Translations under genes and position numbers: made by a program
The notes under the pieces: model-generated
The model's input: the letters and a program-made list of their open reading frames with translations, nothing else
What the model was told of the DNA's origin: nothing
The model's database searches: none
In this document: positions 45,038-64,000 of the stretch, piece by piece
Layout: each line of letters begins with the position of its first letter
Position numbering within the stretch: position 1 is the stretch's first letter
DNA from: the human T2T-CHM13v2.0 reference genome, Homo sapiens
Assembly: GCF_009914755.1 (NCBI RefSeq)
Contig: NC_060928.1
Direction: 5' to 3' (one strand)
Length of the DNA stretch: 64,000 nt

Positions 45038-46859
45038 CTGCGGGAGGGGACACACTCAGGGAGGGGCCCGGGTGAGGGCCAGGCTCTCAGGGGTCGCCGA
45101 CCCGGGGAACCTGACTGCGCACCTCGGGGCCCCTCTTCTCACCCCACAGCACAGGCCAGCTCGTGTTCCCGGTCCCCGCAGGAGGTTTTTCTTACATTCA
45201 GAGCAATCGTGAGGGCGATAACCGATGTCCCCCAATGTGACCCACGGGGTCCTCACAGGGCCCCAGGAGCAGGGAGGGCAGGGCATGGCAGGGCAGGTAA
45301 GGGCAGGGGAGGGGAGGGCAGGGGAGGGGAGGGGAGGGGAAGGTGGACTGAGGCCCTTGGGTCTGGGGGCTCCCTGCAGGAGGAACCCTGGTCATGTGAC
45401 TCTTTTCCGCTCCCCGTCCAGGCCACAGGGATGAAGTTCAAGGAGCTTGGAGCTTCCAGGCTCCACAATCAGGTCTGTGCTCCCAGGGATGAAGCAGCCG
45501 GGCTGATCCGGGCCCGAGGTCCCCAGCCTATCTAGGGAGCCACAGACACCACCTGTCAAGTTGCTCACTGCCAGAGAAACGCAACCTTCCCCGGAACGCA
45601 GACTCATCAGTGTGAGAGTCCCTGGGCTCCTGGGCAGGTAAGGAGGGCTCCTCCGCACCCACAAATCCACCCATGTCTGCCCTGGGTGCTGCGAGGCAGC
45701 TCCCCAGCGTGCGCTCAGCAACTGGGAATTTCACCAAGCTGCCCTCTGGCACAGGGGCTGAGTCCAGGCCCTGGTAGACCTGTTGTCACAGGGAGGCTTG
45801 TCTAGAGGCCGGGGCCTCGCCAGGTTTAGGATAGAACCAATCCACCTGCTGTCCCCTCAGGGATGATCAAGTGATGCAGGACAAGAAGCCATTTCCCAGG
45901 TGACAGAATGAGACGGCGCTGATCGCCCAGGCCCAAGCTGCAGGTGGGCACAGAGCTTGGGGCACCAGGACCACACAAGGAGCTGTGCCCACCCCTGTGC
46001 ATGCATGCCCCTGCCAGGCCAGCCGGGCACAGAACACGCTCCATCTCATGACTGCCCCAGGACCCACTCCACGGAGGTGGAAACTGAGGCTGGGGAGGAG
46101 GGAGAACCTGCCCGCGGGCCCCTGTAACTAACCCAAGCCTCGGCAGAGGACACCCCAACCAGGTGGCTCAGAAGGTGGGGTGGGCATGGTGGACACAGGG
46201 ACGGGGCAGCGTGGGATGAAGACTCCGCACCCCAGGGATTCCTAGAAAGGGGAGGCGGGCAGGATGGGGACGGCACAATAGAGAGGGTGGCGGTGTCGGG
46301 GCTGAGGTCAGGCTCGGGAGCACGGCAAGGGGAGGAGGCTGGGGAGTCCGCATGGTGGGGGCCTGGGGGAGACTGTTCCCGCCACCTTGAAGGGCACCTT
46401 CCTCTCGGTGCCTCAGTTTCCTGATTGGGAGATGAAGATGAAGATGACAGGCTATTGCCACATGTGGCCTGCGTGGGGCTGCAGCACAGCTCCCCAGCCC
46501 CTGCTGCTGCCCATGCTGCAGGGCGGGAGGGGAACACTTGTTCCTGATGTGGGCATTACTGCCATTAAAAACCACTTTTAGGTCCTGGCTGTCTGGGGGC
46601 CTGTGAACCTCATAAAAACCACATGGGAAATTTCATTTGTATGTATAGTTTTGGGGGCACCAGTTCATGGCTTTCCCAGATCCTCCAGGGGTGCACGGCC
46701 TACCAGGCTCAGACCACACCACGTAACCCAGAGTGGACGGAGCTCTTGGAGGAGACACCAGGTCCCGGCACCTGCAGGCGCCCATGCACAAGGTTCGCAG
46801 GGACATGGCTAGACGCCACCCCACATCAGGACCTCCGAACCCGGGTGGCCACCCGCTAC

Positions 46860-46997
46860 CTCGGCACCGAACCACAGCTGGCCGGCCAGGTTGTCGTGCC
46901 GGATCTCCTCAGGGAACTTGACGCAGAAATCTCTGGGGGCGCGGTCCTGGGGGATGCACTCATCCATGATCTGGTTAATGATGTTCAACACATTGTC
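46860..46997 (-). CDS. ZFYVE28: ZFYVE28 coding exon 3 (138 nt, phase 0-0): [46 protein letters not shown]; includes K87 (codon 46917-46919)
   Basis: Acceptor ctctttcag|GAC and donor GAG|gtagcg. Contained in ORF 46809..47129. Confidence 0.96.
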
Positions 46998-47124
46998 CTG
47001 AAAGAGAAGACAGGAGAAAGTGCGCCAATCGCTGTGTCCAGCTGGCGGCCGCCATGTACTGCTGGAAAACACGCACGGTGCATGTGACTGTTTTTTAGGA
47101 TTATTAAAGTGATAGAGGAGGCTA

Positions 47125-47412
<288 letters not shown>

Positions 47413-49049
47413 TCAGACGGACTCTCAGTCGGCTGGGGACCTGCAAAGCCCTCGTCTTCCCTGAAGCTCAGTGCATTCCTCTGTAGAGTCAGGGACACAG
47501 ACCACGTCTTAGGGTCAGAAGAGTGCAGTTACGTCAAGGCCAGGCACAGCTGGGGCCTGCTCCTCCATCCAGGGTGGCGTCCCCTCCCACCTCCTCTGGA
47601 ACCAGCAGATCAATTACAGCAACGCATAAGTCAGTCTGCACTGGAAGGGGGTGCTGCTTTCACAACATGGAGACCCTGACTCCATCCCTCATGGCTGTTC
47701 AACGAGGGACAGGTCACTTCGCCTCTCTGATCAGCCAGGTCCCCTTCTGTAAGCCTCAATACACAGCAACTTCTGGCTTTTTGTTTATTTTTAGAGGCAG
47801 GGTCTGGCTTTGTCACTCAGGCTGGAGTGAAGTGGCGCAATCATAGCTTACGACAGCCTCAAACTCCAGGGCTCCAGCCATCCTCCAGCCTCAGCCTCCC
47901 GAGCGGCTGGGATTACCAGAGTGAGCCAGCATCCCTGGAAGCAGCTTCTACTTTAAAGACTCTTTAAAATTATTTTACTTTATTTCCTTATGTTCAAAAT
48001 ATAAAGTATAACAGAGTGTTTTGAACACTTTGTGTATATGAGGGAGAAGAAGCCCATTTTTTTACATCTTAAATTGCATTCCATCCTTTTCTGTAAATTT
48101 GTCCTATTCTTTAAACATTGACTATTCATTCTGTAGGTTACAAAAACACTGGAAGTTTAACTTTTGCTTTAATTTGTTAAATATGAAATCAATACACGTT
48201 CATCCTAGGAAAACTGGAACCAATGGGAAAGGAGAGAAGTGGGGAAAATGTCCTTGGGGAAATATGACCGCAGGTGGGACACAGTTCCTTCTAATTCTCA
48301 TCTTCCGAGGGCCTGTTTTCAGCCAACGTTGAGACGATCCATGTACGTAATACTGCCTTCTGCTGTTGTAGCTGCTGCAACATGTTATTACATCTGTCAC
48401 ATATACAATTTTTGATGGATAGTGACATGCAATTCCAGCATATGGACCGTCCTGTTAACTCACTCCTTTGTCTTCTGCTGGACACTGACGATGTGCCTAA
48501 TCCTCCACCTCCACGCAATGCTGCCCTCACTACTGTGGTGCACGATGCTCCGAGTGTGGATTACTTCCTTAGGACCCACTGATTGCTAGAAATGGAATTA
48601 CAATGTCAAAAGTGCAAACTGCGTTTCCAGGCTCTAATGAGATACTGCCAAATGGCTTTCCAGAAAGAGCACACTAATTGACACTCTCACCTTGGCAATT
48701 TTTAATCTCGACCATCCCTCCTGAGGCTTGACTTTCATTTTTCTTAGGAAGAGATACGAAAACTCACTATGAGTGGGGAAGCATGACCCTTCTCAGGCAA
48801 GAAATCATGCACTAAACTCTGAAGGAAATTCTGCACTGTAAGAAAAATGTTAAGCCTTTATAATACAAAAAATAAAAATAAAATTCAACCAATAAGTGGG
48901 ACTACTGTCACTTCTTTTTAAAAGGTTTTCTGGGTAGGAAGGTCCCTTGCTCATGATTCAACAAACAAATGAGCAAACAATGGCAATCACAGCAACAGGC
49001 GGTGCACAGTAAGCCCCAGCTGTGATGAAGAAGAGTCCAGGATCTGAGG

Positions 49050-49175
49050 CTCAGCCAGGTGGCACAGCTTGTCTAAGGCTGTAGTGCTCAGCCCAGGTGG
49101 CACAGCTTGCCCAAGGCTGAGGAGCTTTTAGTGCTCAGCCCAGGTGGCACAGCTTGCCCAAGGCTGAGGAGCCTT
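49050..49175. repeat. Three-copy tandem duplication ctcagcccaggtggcacagcttgcccaaggctg
   Basis: Direct reading. Confidence 0.85.
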
Positions 49176-50171
49176 TCATGGCCGTGCTTGGATTCATTGC
49201 CCAGCCTTCCTGGTCTGCTAGAACATAGCTGCCTGAGGGAAGGGTCTTCTGTTATTCACGATGAGTCTCCAGTGCCTAGAACAGTGCCTCACACACAGTA
49301 TGCTGCAAGAAACACTTGCTAGGACTTCTAACGCCAGCCAAGATGGAGTAATAGGAACCCAGTTTACCCCACTCCCAAGAACAACAGTGATTTCCATGAC
49401 ACTGGACATCAGGCCACAAAGGACAGTGATCCCCAAGAGACAGGAAACAAACAAGGTGAGCCCCATGACTACCCCAGCTCACTGCCTTGAGGAAAGTTTC
49501 AAGTCATGGAACAGGAGAGGGAACTCGGATGGAACCAAGGCAGTTAGGATTCAGAGAGCAGGAGGCAGAGAAGAGAGAGCTGGACAGAGAGAACTCTGGA
49601 GATCTGGGGAAGGTTTCAAGGGTTCAGCCGAGAACTGATCAACACATGCCTGTGGGGAGATGACCTAAGTTCAGGAAAGACGCACCTGAATGATTTGAGG
49701 GAGCAGTGACAGGAGCTCTCCAGGAGGCTAGAGTAGCAGGAGCACTCACAATTCACAAAGTATTGAGTAGAGTACCCAAAAGTGTTCTGCCTCCATGTGA
49801 ACAGCAGTTAACTCTAGACTAAACACAGCTCTGGTCCTGCCTAACACCTTAAAAATAAGACCCAAAGGAATAAACTGTTTCTAAGTAACTAAACTACATC
49901 ACGGAACAACCAAAAATATTTACAGTAATACAAAAATAGCCCCCAGCAGGGTGAAATTCACTATGTCAGGTACCCAATTAAAAAATTACCAAGTTTGGCT
50001 GGGTGCAGTGGCTCACGCCTGTAATCCCAGCACTTTGTGAGGCCAAGGTGGGTGGATCACCTGAGGTCGGGAGTTCGAGACCAGCCAGGCCAACATGGAG
50101 AAACCCCGTCTCTACTAAAAATACACAATTAGCCGGGTGTGGTGGCGAATGCCTATAATCCCAACTACTCA

Positions 50172-50327
<156 letters not shown>

Positions 50328-50430
50328 TCACGCCTGTAATCCCAGCACTTGGGGAAGCCGAGGTGGGTAGATCACGAGGTCAGGAGATTGAGACCATCCT
50401 GGCTAACACAGTGAAACCCCGTCTCTACTA

Positions 50431-50655
<225 letters not shown>

Positions 50656-51491
50656 TCAATCAAAATCAAGCCAGACTTGACAAAGATGATCAGGGACATT
50701 AAGACGGTTGTTATAACTGATTCCCATGTGTTCAAAAAGTTAACTAGAGACAACGAAGAAACTAAAAGTCCCTAACTGATTTAGAGATGAAAATTACAGT
50801 GTCTGAGATGAAAAAATATACTGCATGAGATTAACCTCAGATTCAATATTTCAGAAAAAAAGAAGAGTAAACTTGAAGACAGCAACTGAAACTATCCCAA
50901 CAATTCAGAAATAATAATAGATCATCAATGAACTGCTGGACAACTTCAAAGATCAAATATGGATGTAATTCAAGTCCCAAAACGAGGAGGAATGAGATAG
51001 AAAAAAATATTTGGAGGAATAATGGCCAAAATTTTTCCAAATTTAATAAATATAAACTCATAGAACCAAGTAAATGAACCCCAAGCAGAAGACACGTTTT
51101 TAAAAACTATACCAAATTACAGCATAATCAAATTGGTCAAAACCAATAAAAAGAGAAAATCTTTAAAGTAGCACGAGAAAAAAGATGTGTTACATACAAG
51201 GAACAAAGACAAAAATGGCATTAGATTTTTCATCCGAAATAATACAAGTGAGAAGAGAATGAAACAACATCTTTAAAGTATTAAGGGGGAAAAAATATCA
51301 ACCTAGAATTCTGTACCCAGCAAAAATATCTTTCAAAATCAAAGGTAGAATAATTTTTCATTCAAACAAATGCTGAAAGAATTCATGACCAGTAGATTTG
51401 CACTATAAGAAATGCTAAAGAAATTCTTGGCCAGGGGCGGTGGCTCACGCCTGTAATCCCAGCACTTTGGGAGGCCAGGGCGGGTGGATCA

Positions 51492-51869
<378 letters not shown>

Positions 51870-54656
51870 TTAATTTTCTAAATTTTTAATTTAAAAAATT
51901 GACCGTTTAAATGAAAAAAATACCCTAACAACATAGTGTGAGTCTGTAACATACAAAAGTAAAATGTATGGCAACAATAGCACAAGGTCCAGTAGGAGAA
52001 ATGGAAGTGAATTATTGGAAGGTCTTTATACTCTATGTGAAATTGTACAATGTCATTTGAAGGTATCTGTAATTAAAGACAATTATTATAAACCCTAAAG
52101 CAACCACTAAAATAACAAAACAAAGATTTCTGGCTAATGAGCCAACAAAGGAGACAAAGCAGAAGCATAAAAAATAAATAGAATACATAAAAATTAAGAG
52201 AGGAAATTACTGAAGCCAATTAATAAAAAAGAAGGAAAAAAAGAGGAATGGGAATAAAGAAAAGATGGGACAAACAGAAAACAAATAGCAAAATGATACT
52301 TAAATCTAACTATATCAAAGACATATTAAACAAAAATGATCTAAAAACCCCAAATAAAAGACAGATTTTCAGATTGCATAATAAAATGAGACCCAACTAT
52401 ATGCTGCCTACAAGATACCCACTTTACACATAAAGACACAAATAAGCTAAAAGTAAAAGGATTTTTTTAAAGGTTGTATCATGTTCACACCAATCAAAAG
52501 AAAGCTGGAGTGGCTACATGAATACTGAAGTAGGTTTCAGAGCAAAGAGTACTGCCAAGGACCAAAAAAAGTCATTTTATAATAATAAAGGGTTCAATTT
52601 ATTAGGAGCACATAACAATTGTTAACATTTATCAACCTAACAATAGACCTTCAAGCGGCATGAAGTAAGACGACATAAACAAATCCACAATTATGGTCAG
52701 AAACTTCAGTACCTTTCTCCACTGATAAGACATAGAAAGTAAACAGAAAATCAGCAAGGATATAGTAAATCTTAGCAATGCTGCTAAAACAACCTGATAT
52801 GGTTGACATTTACAGAACATTCCACCCAACCACAGCCAGATGCACATGATTCCCGATTGTATATGGAACATATACCAAGAAAGACCAAATTCTGGGCCAT
52901 GAAACAAGCCTCAATACGTGTAAAAATAATCCAAGTCACACAAAGTATATCCTCTGACCACAATGGAATTAAATTAGAAATCATTAAGAGAAAGATCTCT
53001 AGAAAAATCCATAAATATTTGAAAACTAAATAACACACTTTTAAATACTCACGAATCAAACATGAAATCAAAGAGGAAATCAAAAGTATTGTGAATGAAA
53101 TGAAAGTAAAAATACAACATATCAAAATTTATGGAATGCCACTAAAGCAGCAATTACAGAGAAATTTAAACCACTAAATACCTAAATTAGAAAAGAAGAA
53201 AGGCATTCATTCTCTAACCTCAGTTGCCACATTAAGAAACTATAAAGGTTCTGTTTTTAAGTCTACTACATAAAAATAAAAAAAGAAACTAGAGAGAGAA
53301 GAGTAAATGAAACCCAAAGCAAACAGAAGAAAGGAATAGCAACAATCAGAGCAGAAATTTAATGAAAGAGAAAAGATTAAAGCAATAGAGAAAATCAATG
53401 AAGCTAAAATAGTTCCTTTGAGAATATCAGTAAAATTGATAAAACTCTATCAACACAGTTCAGAATGAAAACAGAAGATACAACTTAATAACAGGAACGA
53501 GAGAGGTGACATCGCGGTGGATCCTACATATATTAAAAGGATTATAAGGAAATATTACAAACAACTTATGCCAATAAATTCAACAACTTAGATGAAATTT
53601 CTTAAAAGGCATAAACTACCAAATCTCTCTCAAGAAGAAATTTCTGAAATAATGTGAAAACCCTATATTTATTCAAGAAATTAAATTTGTAGTTAAAAAT
53701 CTTCCTACAAAGAAAACTCCAGTTCCAGATAGATTAATAGTGAATTCTACCAAACATTTAAGAAGAACTAACACTACACAAACTCTTCCATAAAACTGAA
53801 GAGGACAGAATCCTTCACAACTCATCTATGACACTGTCTTGACACCAAAATCAGACAAAGACTGTGGGCCCATATCCCTAATGAATATTGATCCAAAAAT
53901 TCCTAACAAAATTTTAGGAAACTGAATTCAATAATGCGTAAAAGGATAATGTACCATGAACGAGTGGGATTTATCCCAGGAATGCAGGAGTAATTTTTTT
54001 TAACATTCAAAAATCAATCAATGTATGCTTATGCTCTTCCTGGACCAAATAAGGCAGAATCTCTGGGATTGGGTCCTGGCATCTATATTTTTTAAGCTTT
54101 CACAAGGACTGTGAACCATGGATATGGTCTAACATCTGCATTTTCTTAGCAACATATCTGATCTCTTCTCTATTTTTAAGAATCTATTTTTATTTAGGGC
54201 CAAATTCTGTCTTTTATCTTTGTAGCATATTTGTGATTCCCAGCTGGTTCTCTGATCCTCTTTCTACCAGAGAACTAAAATGATGCGTCTTCCATCATTT
54301 TGTAAGACAAGAAGACACCAAGAGTTCCAGCTACCCTGACCTTTGGATGCTATGGCATCAGGCAAACAACCCCTTGTTTTCTGTTTATTGCATGTTCTGA
54401 CAGACGAGTCACCCAGTCTGAGTGGATTTAGTGTTCTAATTCATGAAATAAGAGAATCGGACCAGATGAGCCCAAAGTCTCTTTCAGTGCTATAGATAAT
54501 TATAACTCTCAAATAGCTATGGTGAGAAGGCTGAATGTATATACTGGCATGAGATTCAAACTTTTGGCAGCTTGACACAGTTTACAATTGTTTATGTGAT
54601 ACCATAGCTATCATATGCCAAAAAGAGTAAGTCACACTATTCAAAAAGAAAATATG

Positions 54657-54918
54657 CAAACACCGCATATTCTCACTCATAGGTGGGAATTGAACAATGA
54701 GAACATATGGACACAGGAAGGGGAACATCACACTCTGGGGACTGTTGTGGGGTGGGGGGAGGGGGGAGGGATAGAATTGGGAGATATACCTAATGCTAGA
54801 TGATGAGTTAGTGGGTGCAGCGCACCAGCATGGGACATGTATACATATGTAACTAACCTGCACATTGTGCACATGTACCCTAAAACTTAAAGTATAATAA
54901 TAAAAAAAATAAAATAAA
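54657..54918 (+). mobile_element. Young 5'-truncated L1PA2/3-like 3' end
   Basis: caaacaccgcatattctcactcataggtggg...gtaccctaaaacttaaagtataataataaaaaaa. Confidence 0.9.
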
Positions 54919-55414
54919 TTAAAATGTAAATGAATCAGCCAAGCGTTCCCTGTTTCAATGATATAACTGAGTGCCTACTGTGTACTAGGCACTGGGATGT
55001 ACTGGTGAGTGTTGTGTGTACACACAGCCCTGCCCTCATGGCATCTGCATGCTGCTATTGCTGTTGAGTGATGGAGTGGATACTAATAAAAAGTCAGTAT
55101 TTATCGAGTAAAAAAAACCATCAATGTAATTTACCATAATAAAAATAACATGATAATCTCCGTTGACACACAAAAAAAGCATCTGAAAAAAAAAATCTAA
55201 CATCTATTCCTAATAAGAACTCTCAGCAAGCTATGAGTAGGTGGCAACTGCCTTGGCCTGACAAAGGGTAGCTACGAAAATCCTACAGCTAACATCACGC
55301 TTATCTTTGGGGAGAAAGCATTCAGAGTTCCATCATTAACAAAAGATGTCTGCTCTCACCACTTCTATTCAACTTTGTACTGGAATTCTAGCTAGTTCAA
55401 TAGGGTGACACACA

Positions 55415-55416
<2 letters not shown>

Positions 55417-55449
<33 letters not shown>
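55417..55449. repeat. (CA)n microsatellite
   Basis: Direct reading. Confidence 0.95.
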
Positions 55450-55451
<2 letters not shown>

Positions 55452-55659
55452 GGCATCCAGAGAGAAAAGGAAGAAGTGAAGATTATCTTTATTGGCAAAA
55501 AATTTAACAGAATCTACAAAAAGCTGCCAGAAATAATAAGTGTATTTAGAAAGTATGATATTGTAGGCCGGGCGCAGTGGCTCACGCCTGTAATCCCAGC
55601 ACTTTGGGAGGCCGAGGCAGGTGGATCACGAGGTCAGGAGATCGAGACCATCCTGGCTA

Positions 55660-56730
<1,071 letters not shown>

Positions 56731-56813
56731 AAGGTATTAGGATGCAAGATCTATATACAAAAGTCAATAGTATTTCCATATAGGAGCACCAAACAATCAA
56801 AAATTGACATTTA

Positions 56814-57261
<448 letters not shown>

Positions 57262-57337
57262 TTATGGTTCTGGCTTATTTTTAAAAATTGACATGTAATA
57301 GCAATACCACTTATAATGTCATAAAAAGACATGAAAT

Positions 57338-57563
57338 ACAATTATCCCTCAGTACACGCAGGGGACAGGTTCCAGGACCCCCAGCGTATATCATATCTGC
57401 ACATACTCAAGTCCCACGGCTGGACCAGCGGAACTTGCACAGCCCTCCATATATGTGGGTTTTGTGTCCTGAGAATACTGTATTTTAGAACCAAGTTAGG
57501 TTGAAACAATGCATGTATAAATGGACCTGTGCAGTTCAAACCATGTTGTTCAATGTCCAGCTG
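57338..57563. mobile_element. MER8/MER2-like TcMar-Tigger element
   Basis: ggttccaggaccccc...catactcaagtccc...gcagttcaaaccatgttgttcaatgtccagctg. Confidence 0.65.
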
Positions 57564-59315
57564 TGCTGGGCGTAAGGTGGGCCCTGTGAGATGCCCTCAG
57601 GGAGCTGGGAGGAACACCGGGGAGCACACCTGGATCTGCGGGGAGGAGAAGCTGAGAGCCTCCCCTGGGGGTGCTCAGCACAGACATGGAGCAGGATGAG
57701 GCCGCCATGTCGGGGGGTGGACAGGAAGAGGCCAAGGACTGGGCGTGGGACCCACATGGAGGAGGCTGGGGGAGGAAGGGGAGATAGGAGGAGGGAGGAA
57801 GAGGGGGAGGCGTGGAAGAGGGAAGAAGGGTCACAAAGGAGCCAGTGGGATACGAGATGAGCCAGAGGCAGGGCCCTGGAGCGGAGTGGACAGAAGTGAG
57901 CCCGAATCAGATGATGCTGAGGGACCTGGACAGTGTCCACACCCTCTCAGTTCCTTCAAAGACCCCAGCAGCAAGGAGAAGAACCTGAGTGTTTAAGGCC
58001 TTCACTATACTGGGAGCATCCCCCTCCAGATCCTTCTCACAGGGCAGTTCTCACGGTGATACATCCCAATTAAAGCCTGTGGCAGCGGGAAGCCTGAGAA
58101 GGGGCCACCTAGCTTGGCAGCCCCCACCTCTCAAACTCACTTAAAACCAGGCTTTATCATCAACTCTGTCAGTCAACAAAAAAGCACACAGGTCACAGAG
58201 CATGTAAAGGGAACAGAGCCCCTCCCCAAAGGTTGCCATGAGGAATAGCATCTGATCCCCCTTCCTCATCGGTGGGGCCACGGGGCAGGTCTAGCACCTC
58301 TCCTCCGTGGCACTTTCCTCCTCCAGGCTCCAGGGCCCCCAGCACCTGTCCCCTGGGCAGAAGGTCTTTCTAACCTGAGCTCCTGGGGGCAGGGACTCTC
58401 CCCACCCACAGAGGCTGTCCCTGGAGGGGCCAGAACATCTGTGGGAACATCTGAACACATGGAAGGTGGAGGCTGCCACTGAACAGCCCAAAAAAGAGCC
58501 CAGAGCCTGATCCGGCCAGAAAAGTTGTCCTGGCCACACACAGGGCCCTAATGCTGCTGAGTTCCCACCGCAGCAGGGCCAGGCCCAGAGCCAGGGCTGG
58601 GGTGCAGCCAGCTTGGCCACTTTGCAGGAGCCCCACAGGGTGGGACCCTCAGGACCACGGTGACACAGTGATAGACTCCCCCCTGTTGGAGGAGCATGTG
58701 TCAGGCCCCACCTCCCATGGCCGCAAGGATTCAGCAAGACCCTGTGGGAAGAGTACACCAAGAACATTCCGGAACTTTGTGAAAACCCCTCGTCATCACT
58801 TGATAAAACTTTGCAGCATGCCGTTTGCCGTTGTGTTGGAAATGCCTCTGAGTGCTTGGTGTACTGGGAAGAAAACCTCGGCCAGGGTATTTTTAGCGGC
58901 AGCTTCCAGGGCCATCTGTCAATTATGCAGCAGATGCTGGCAGCACCATTAGTCAGTGGCAGAGTGTGACCACTGCATGGTACCCAAGCTCTGCACCAGC
59001 ACCTGGGCAGGCCCACCCCTCCCACACTGGCTGCCCCTTGGCTCAGAAGCCTGCTCACTCCGCACCCCCTGCCCCCGCTCTCCCAGCCTCTGCTCCCCCA
59101 AGTGTCCCGTGCGGTTTCTCACTTCCAGCCCGGCTACCCACCCCACGCATCCTGCCCGGGACGGTCCCTCTTCCTGGGCCTGGCTTCTCTAGCACCCGAC
59201 CCTGACAACGCCACCACAGGGGGCCAGCAGGTGACAAAGCCTTGGTCTACTGAGGACAGGCCACTCTGTCCAATGCCCAGCGGGGCCAGCCAGCTTCTGC
59301 TGCCCCGTGGCTCAC

Positions 59316-59456
59316 CTGACAGGAGCGGAACTGGCTGACCAGCAGCGTGCACCGCTGGGGGTCCTTCCGCCCATCCAGGCTGTCCAGCTCCGCGGCCACC
59401 TGGTTCAGCTCCTCGTCGGCATAGTAGAACCGGGCAAGCAGCTGCGGATCCGACCT
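59316..59456 (-). CDS. ZFYVE28: ZFYVE28 coding exon 2 (141 nt, phase 0-0): [47 protein letters not shown]
   Basis: Minus-strand acceptor ctctctcctgcag|AGG and donor CAG|gtgag. The translation matches the LST2 N-terminus as recalled and joins exon 3 in frame. Confidence 0.96.
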
Positions 59457-59613
59457 CTGCAGGAGAGAGGGGCCAGGGCCATGAGTGGGTGGGGAACTGG
59501 AGGGGATGCCTCGGTTGGTTGCCTTGTCCCCAGGCCATGTGTGGGCTCAGCCTGGGACCTTCCACCCTGAGCAGCAGCCGGCTCTTTTATCAGCTTTCCA
59601 CACCAGGATCTAG

Positions 59614-62540
<2,927 letters not shown>

Positions 62541-63492
62541 GCAGTCCCCAGAATTCTGACCTTGCTTATGGGGTGACCGCCAGCTTCCCCTCCCCTAGAA
62601 TTCTGACCCAGCTTCTGGGGTGGCCACCAGCTTGCTCACCTGGGCCCGGGACCTGCCAATGCCCCTCCTCGCTCCCAAGGAAGAGGGGAAGAGCCAAGAA
62701 CAGCACCTTCCTACCAGAGGGCAGAGGAGCCTTCCTGCCACTTCCTGAACCAGGAGGGAGCATGGCCCCTTTTCGGGGTGGGGCTGAGCTCGCAGCCTGC
62801 CCAAGGCCTGCATGAGACCCGCTGGGCCTGACACCCACCTCAGGCATTAGTCCAGGTCAGCAGAGCCACCAGCTCCATTATGGCCCCAAACCTGCCCGCT
62901 CCCCTTCAGAGCAGTAGGTATGGGAGGGTGGGAGAAGCAGGGGCCTGGTGTGGATGGTCCCACAGCAGACACCTGGCTGTGACTGAGGTGGCCCGGAGCC
63001 CTCACAGTCCCTCTCCACGTGTGTCCCGCAGCCCTGACTGCAGCTCGCTGACGAGACACCATCTGGCCCAGCAAACAGGCCAGGTACTGAATTTAGGGCA
63101 CTGGATGACAACACCTCCTGGAAGCTAAATCTCGGCTCTGAGAAAGAGGACACGAGCAGGGGCCACGCAGAGACCCCCAGAAAGGAACCCAGAATCATTC
63201 TCTGCCCTGGCACCAAAAACCTCACAACACTAGTGCAAGGAGTTCCCAGCAACGCCAGGTCAACACGGGCCCCTCGCTGCTTGGTAAGCGGAGGAGACGG
63301 CTCAGCCACAACGCAGGTGCATGAAAGGCTGATGGCAGCGTGGTGCTGGCACACAAAGCCCCAGTCATCACACAAAGCCCCGGACCAAAGAGGGGACTGA
63401 GCCTCTGAGCAAAGAATGGAGTACTTGCATGTCCCCTCGGCTCACTCACACACTTCCTCTCCTGTGCTCTGGAGAGGCCAAGAACCACCGCC

Positions 63493-63655
63493 GTGTGTGT
63501 GCAAGTATGTACATGTACACACATGCACCTGTCCATGGCTGTGTGCGTGTGAATCTGTGCGTTGTGCATAAGTGTGTACATGCATGTGCGTCCATGTATC
63601 TGTGTGCATGTGAATATATGTGCAGGCATGGATGTGCATGCGTGTGTGCATGTGA
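63493..63655. repeat. Degenerate (TG/CATG)n alternating purine-pyrimidine tract
   Basis: Direct reading. Confidence 0.8.
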
Positions 63656-64000
63656 GACCAGTGCAGCAAGTGTCAAGATGAGCTCCCACAGGGGTGACAT
63701 GCCTGTCTACTTGGCAGGGTAAATGCTAGAAACGGGCGCTCATCACCAAAATAAAAGGCATGGGAGGTAGGGAACCCTTCAGGGACGGGCCTGATACTTG
63801 ACCCCTCCTGGCCCTGCCTCCAGTTAGCGGGGATGCTTGGTGCCCTGCAGGGAAGCCGACTCCCACCTGCAGAAGGCAGCCTGTGTGCCTCAGGGCTCCC
63901 TGCCTTCCTCTTGGGGCAGCTGAAGCCTCTGAATGGTCTCCCATGGAGCTGAGGTGTTACTGAGCACAGACTGCCCTGCCAGGCCTGCTCACTGGTGGGG

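Noticed and set aside
44735-45535. 266-aa plus-strand ORF
   Set aside because: Antisense shadow of exon 4 plus GC-rich intron.

Overview
Human/primate genomic DNA, not microbial. The window is the interior of ZFYVE28 (LST2, lateral signaling target 2) on the minus strand. It holds coding exons 2-8 (59316-59456, 46860-46997, 44835-45037, 42788-42877, 41087-41176, 25573-25674, 9685-10932). All are GT-AG bounded and splice into one continuous frame; exon 1 and the FYVE-domain exons lie outside the window. The introns contain about 35 Alus, old fragmented L1s, two young L1PA 3' ends, LTRs (MST/MLT1-, MLT2-, MER21-like), DNA transposons, a 7SL pseudogene and several VNTR/G-rich tracts. Almost all ORFs in the supplied track are spurious. 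I found no new multi-gene system. The most unusual structures are: (1) a 4.3-kb TSD-bounded composite retro-insertion of an exon-skipped SPIC mRNA copy joined to a twin-primed L1MA, splitting an MLT2 LTR; (2) two Alus carrying inverted copies of nearby local sequence; (3) a 1.1-kb polyadenylated, TSD-bounded orphan retrocopy inside an L1; (4) a repeat-derived alternative terminal exon with tandem acceptors. Gene, protein and repeat-family names come from recall and manual reading, not database searches. Repeat boundaries are approximate.
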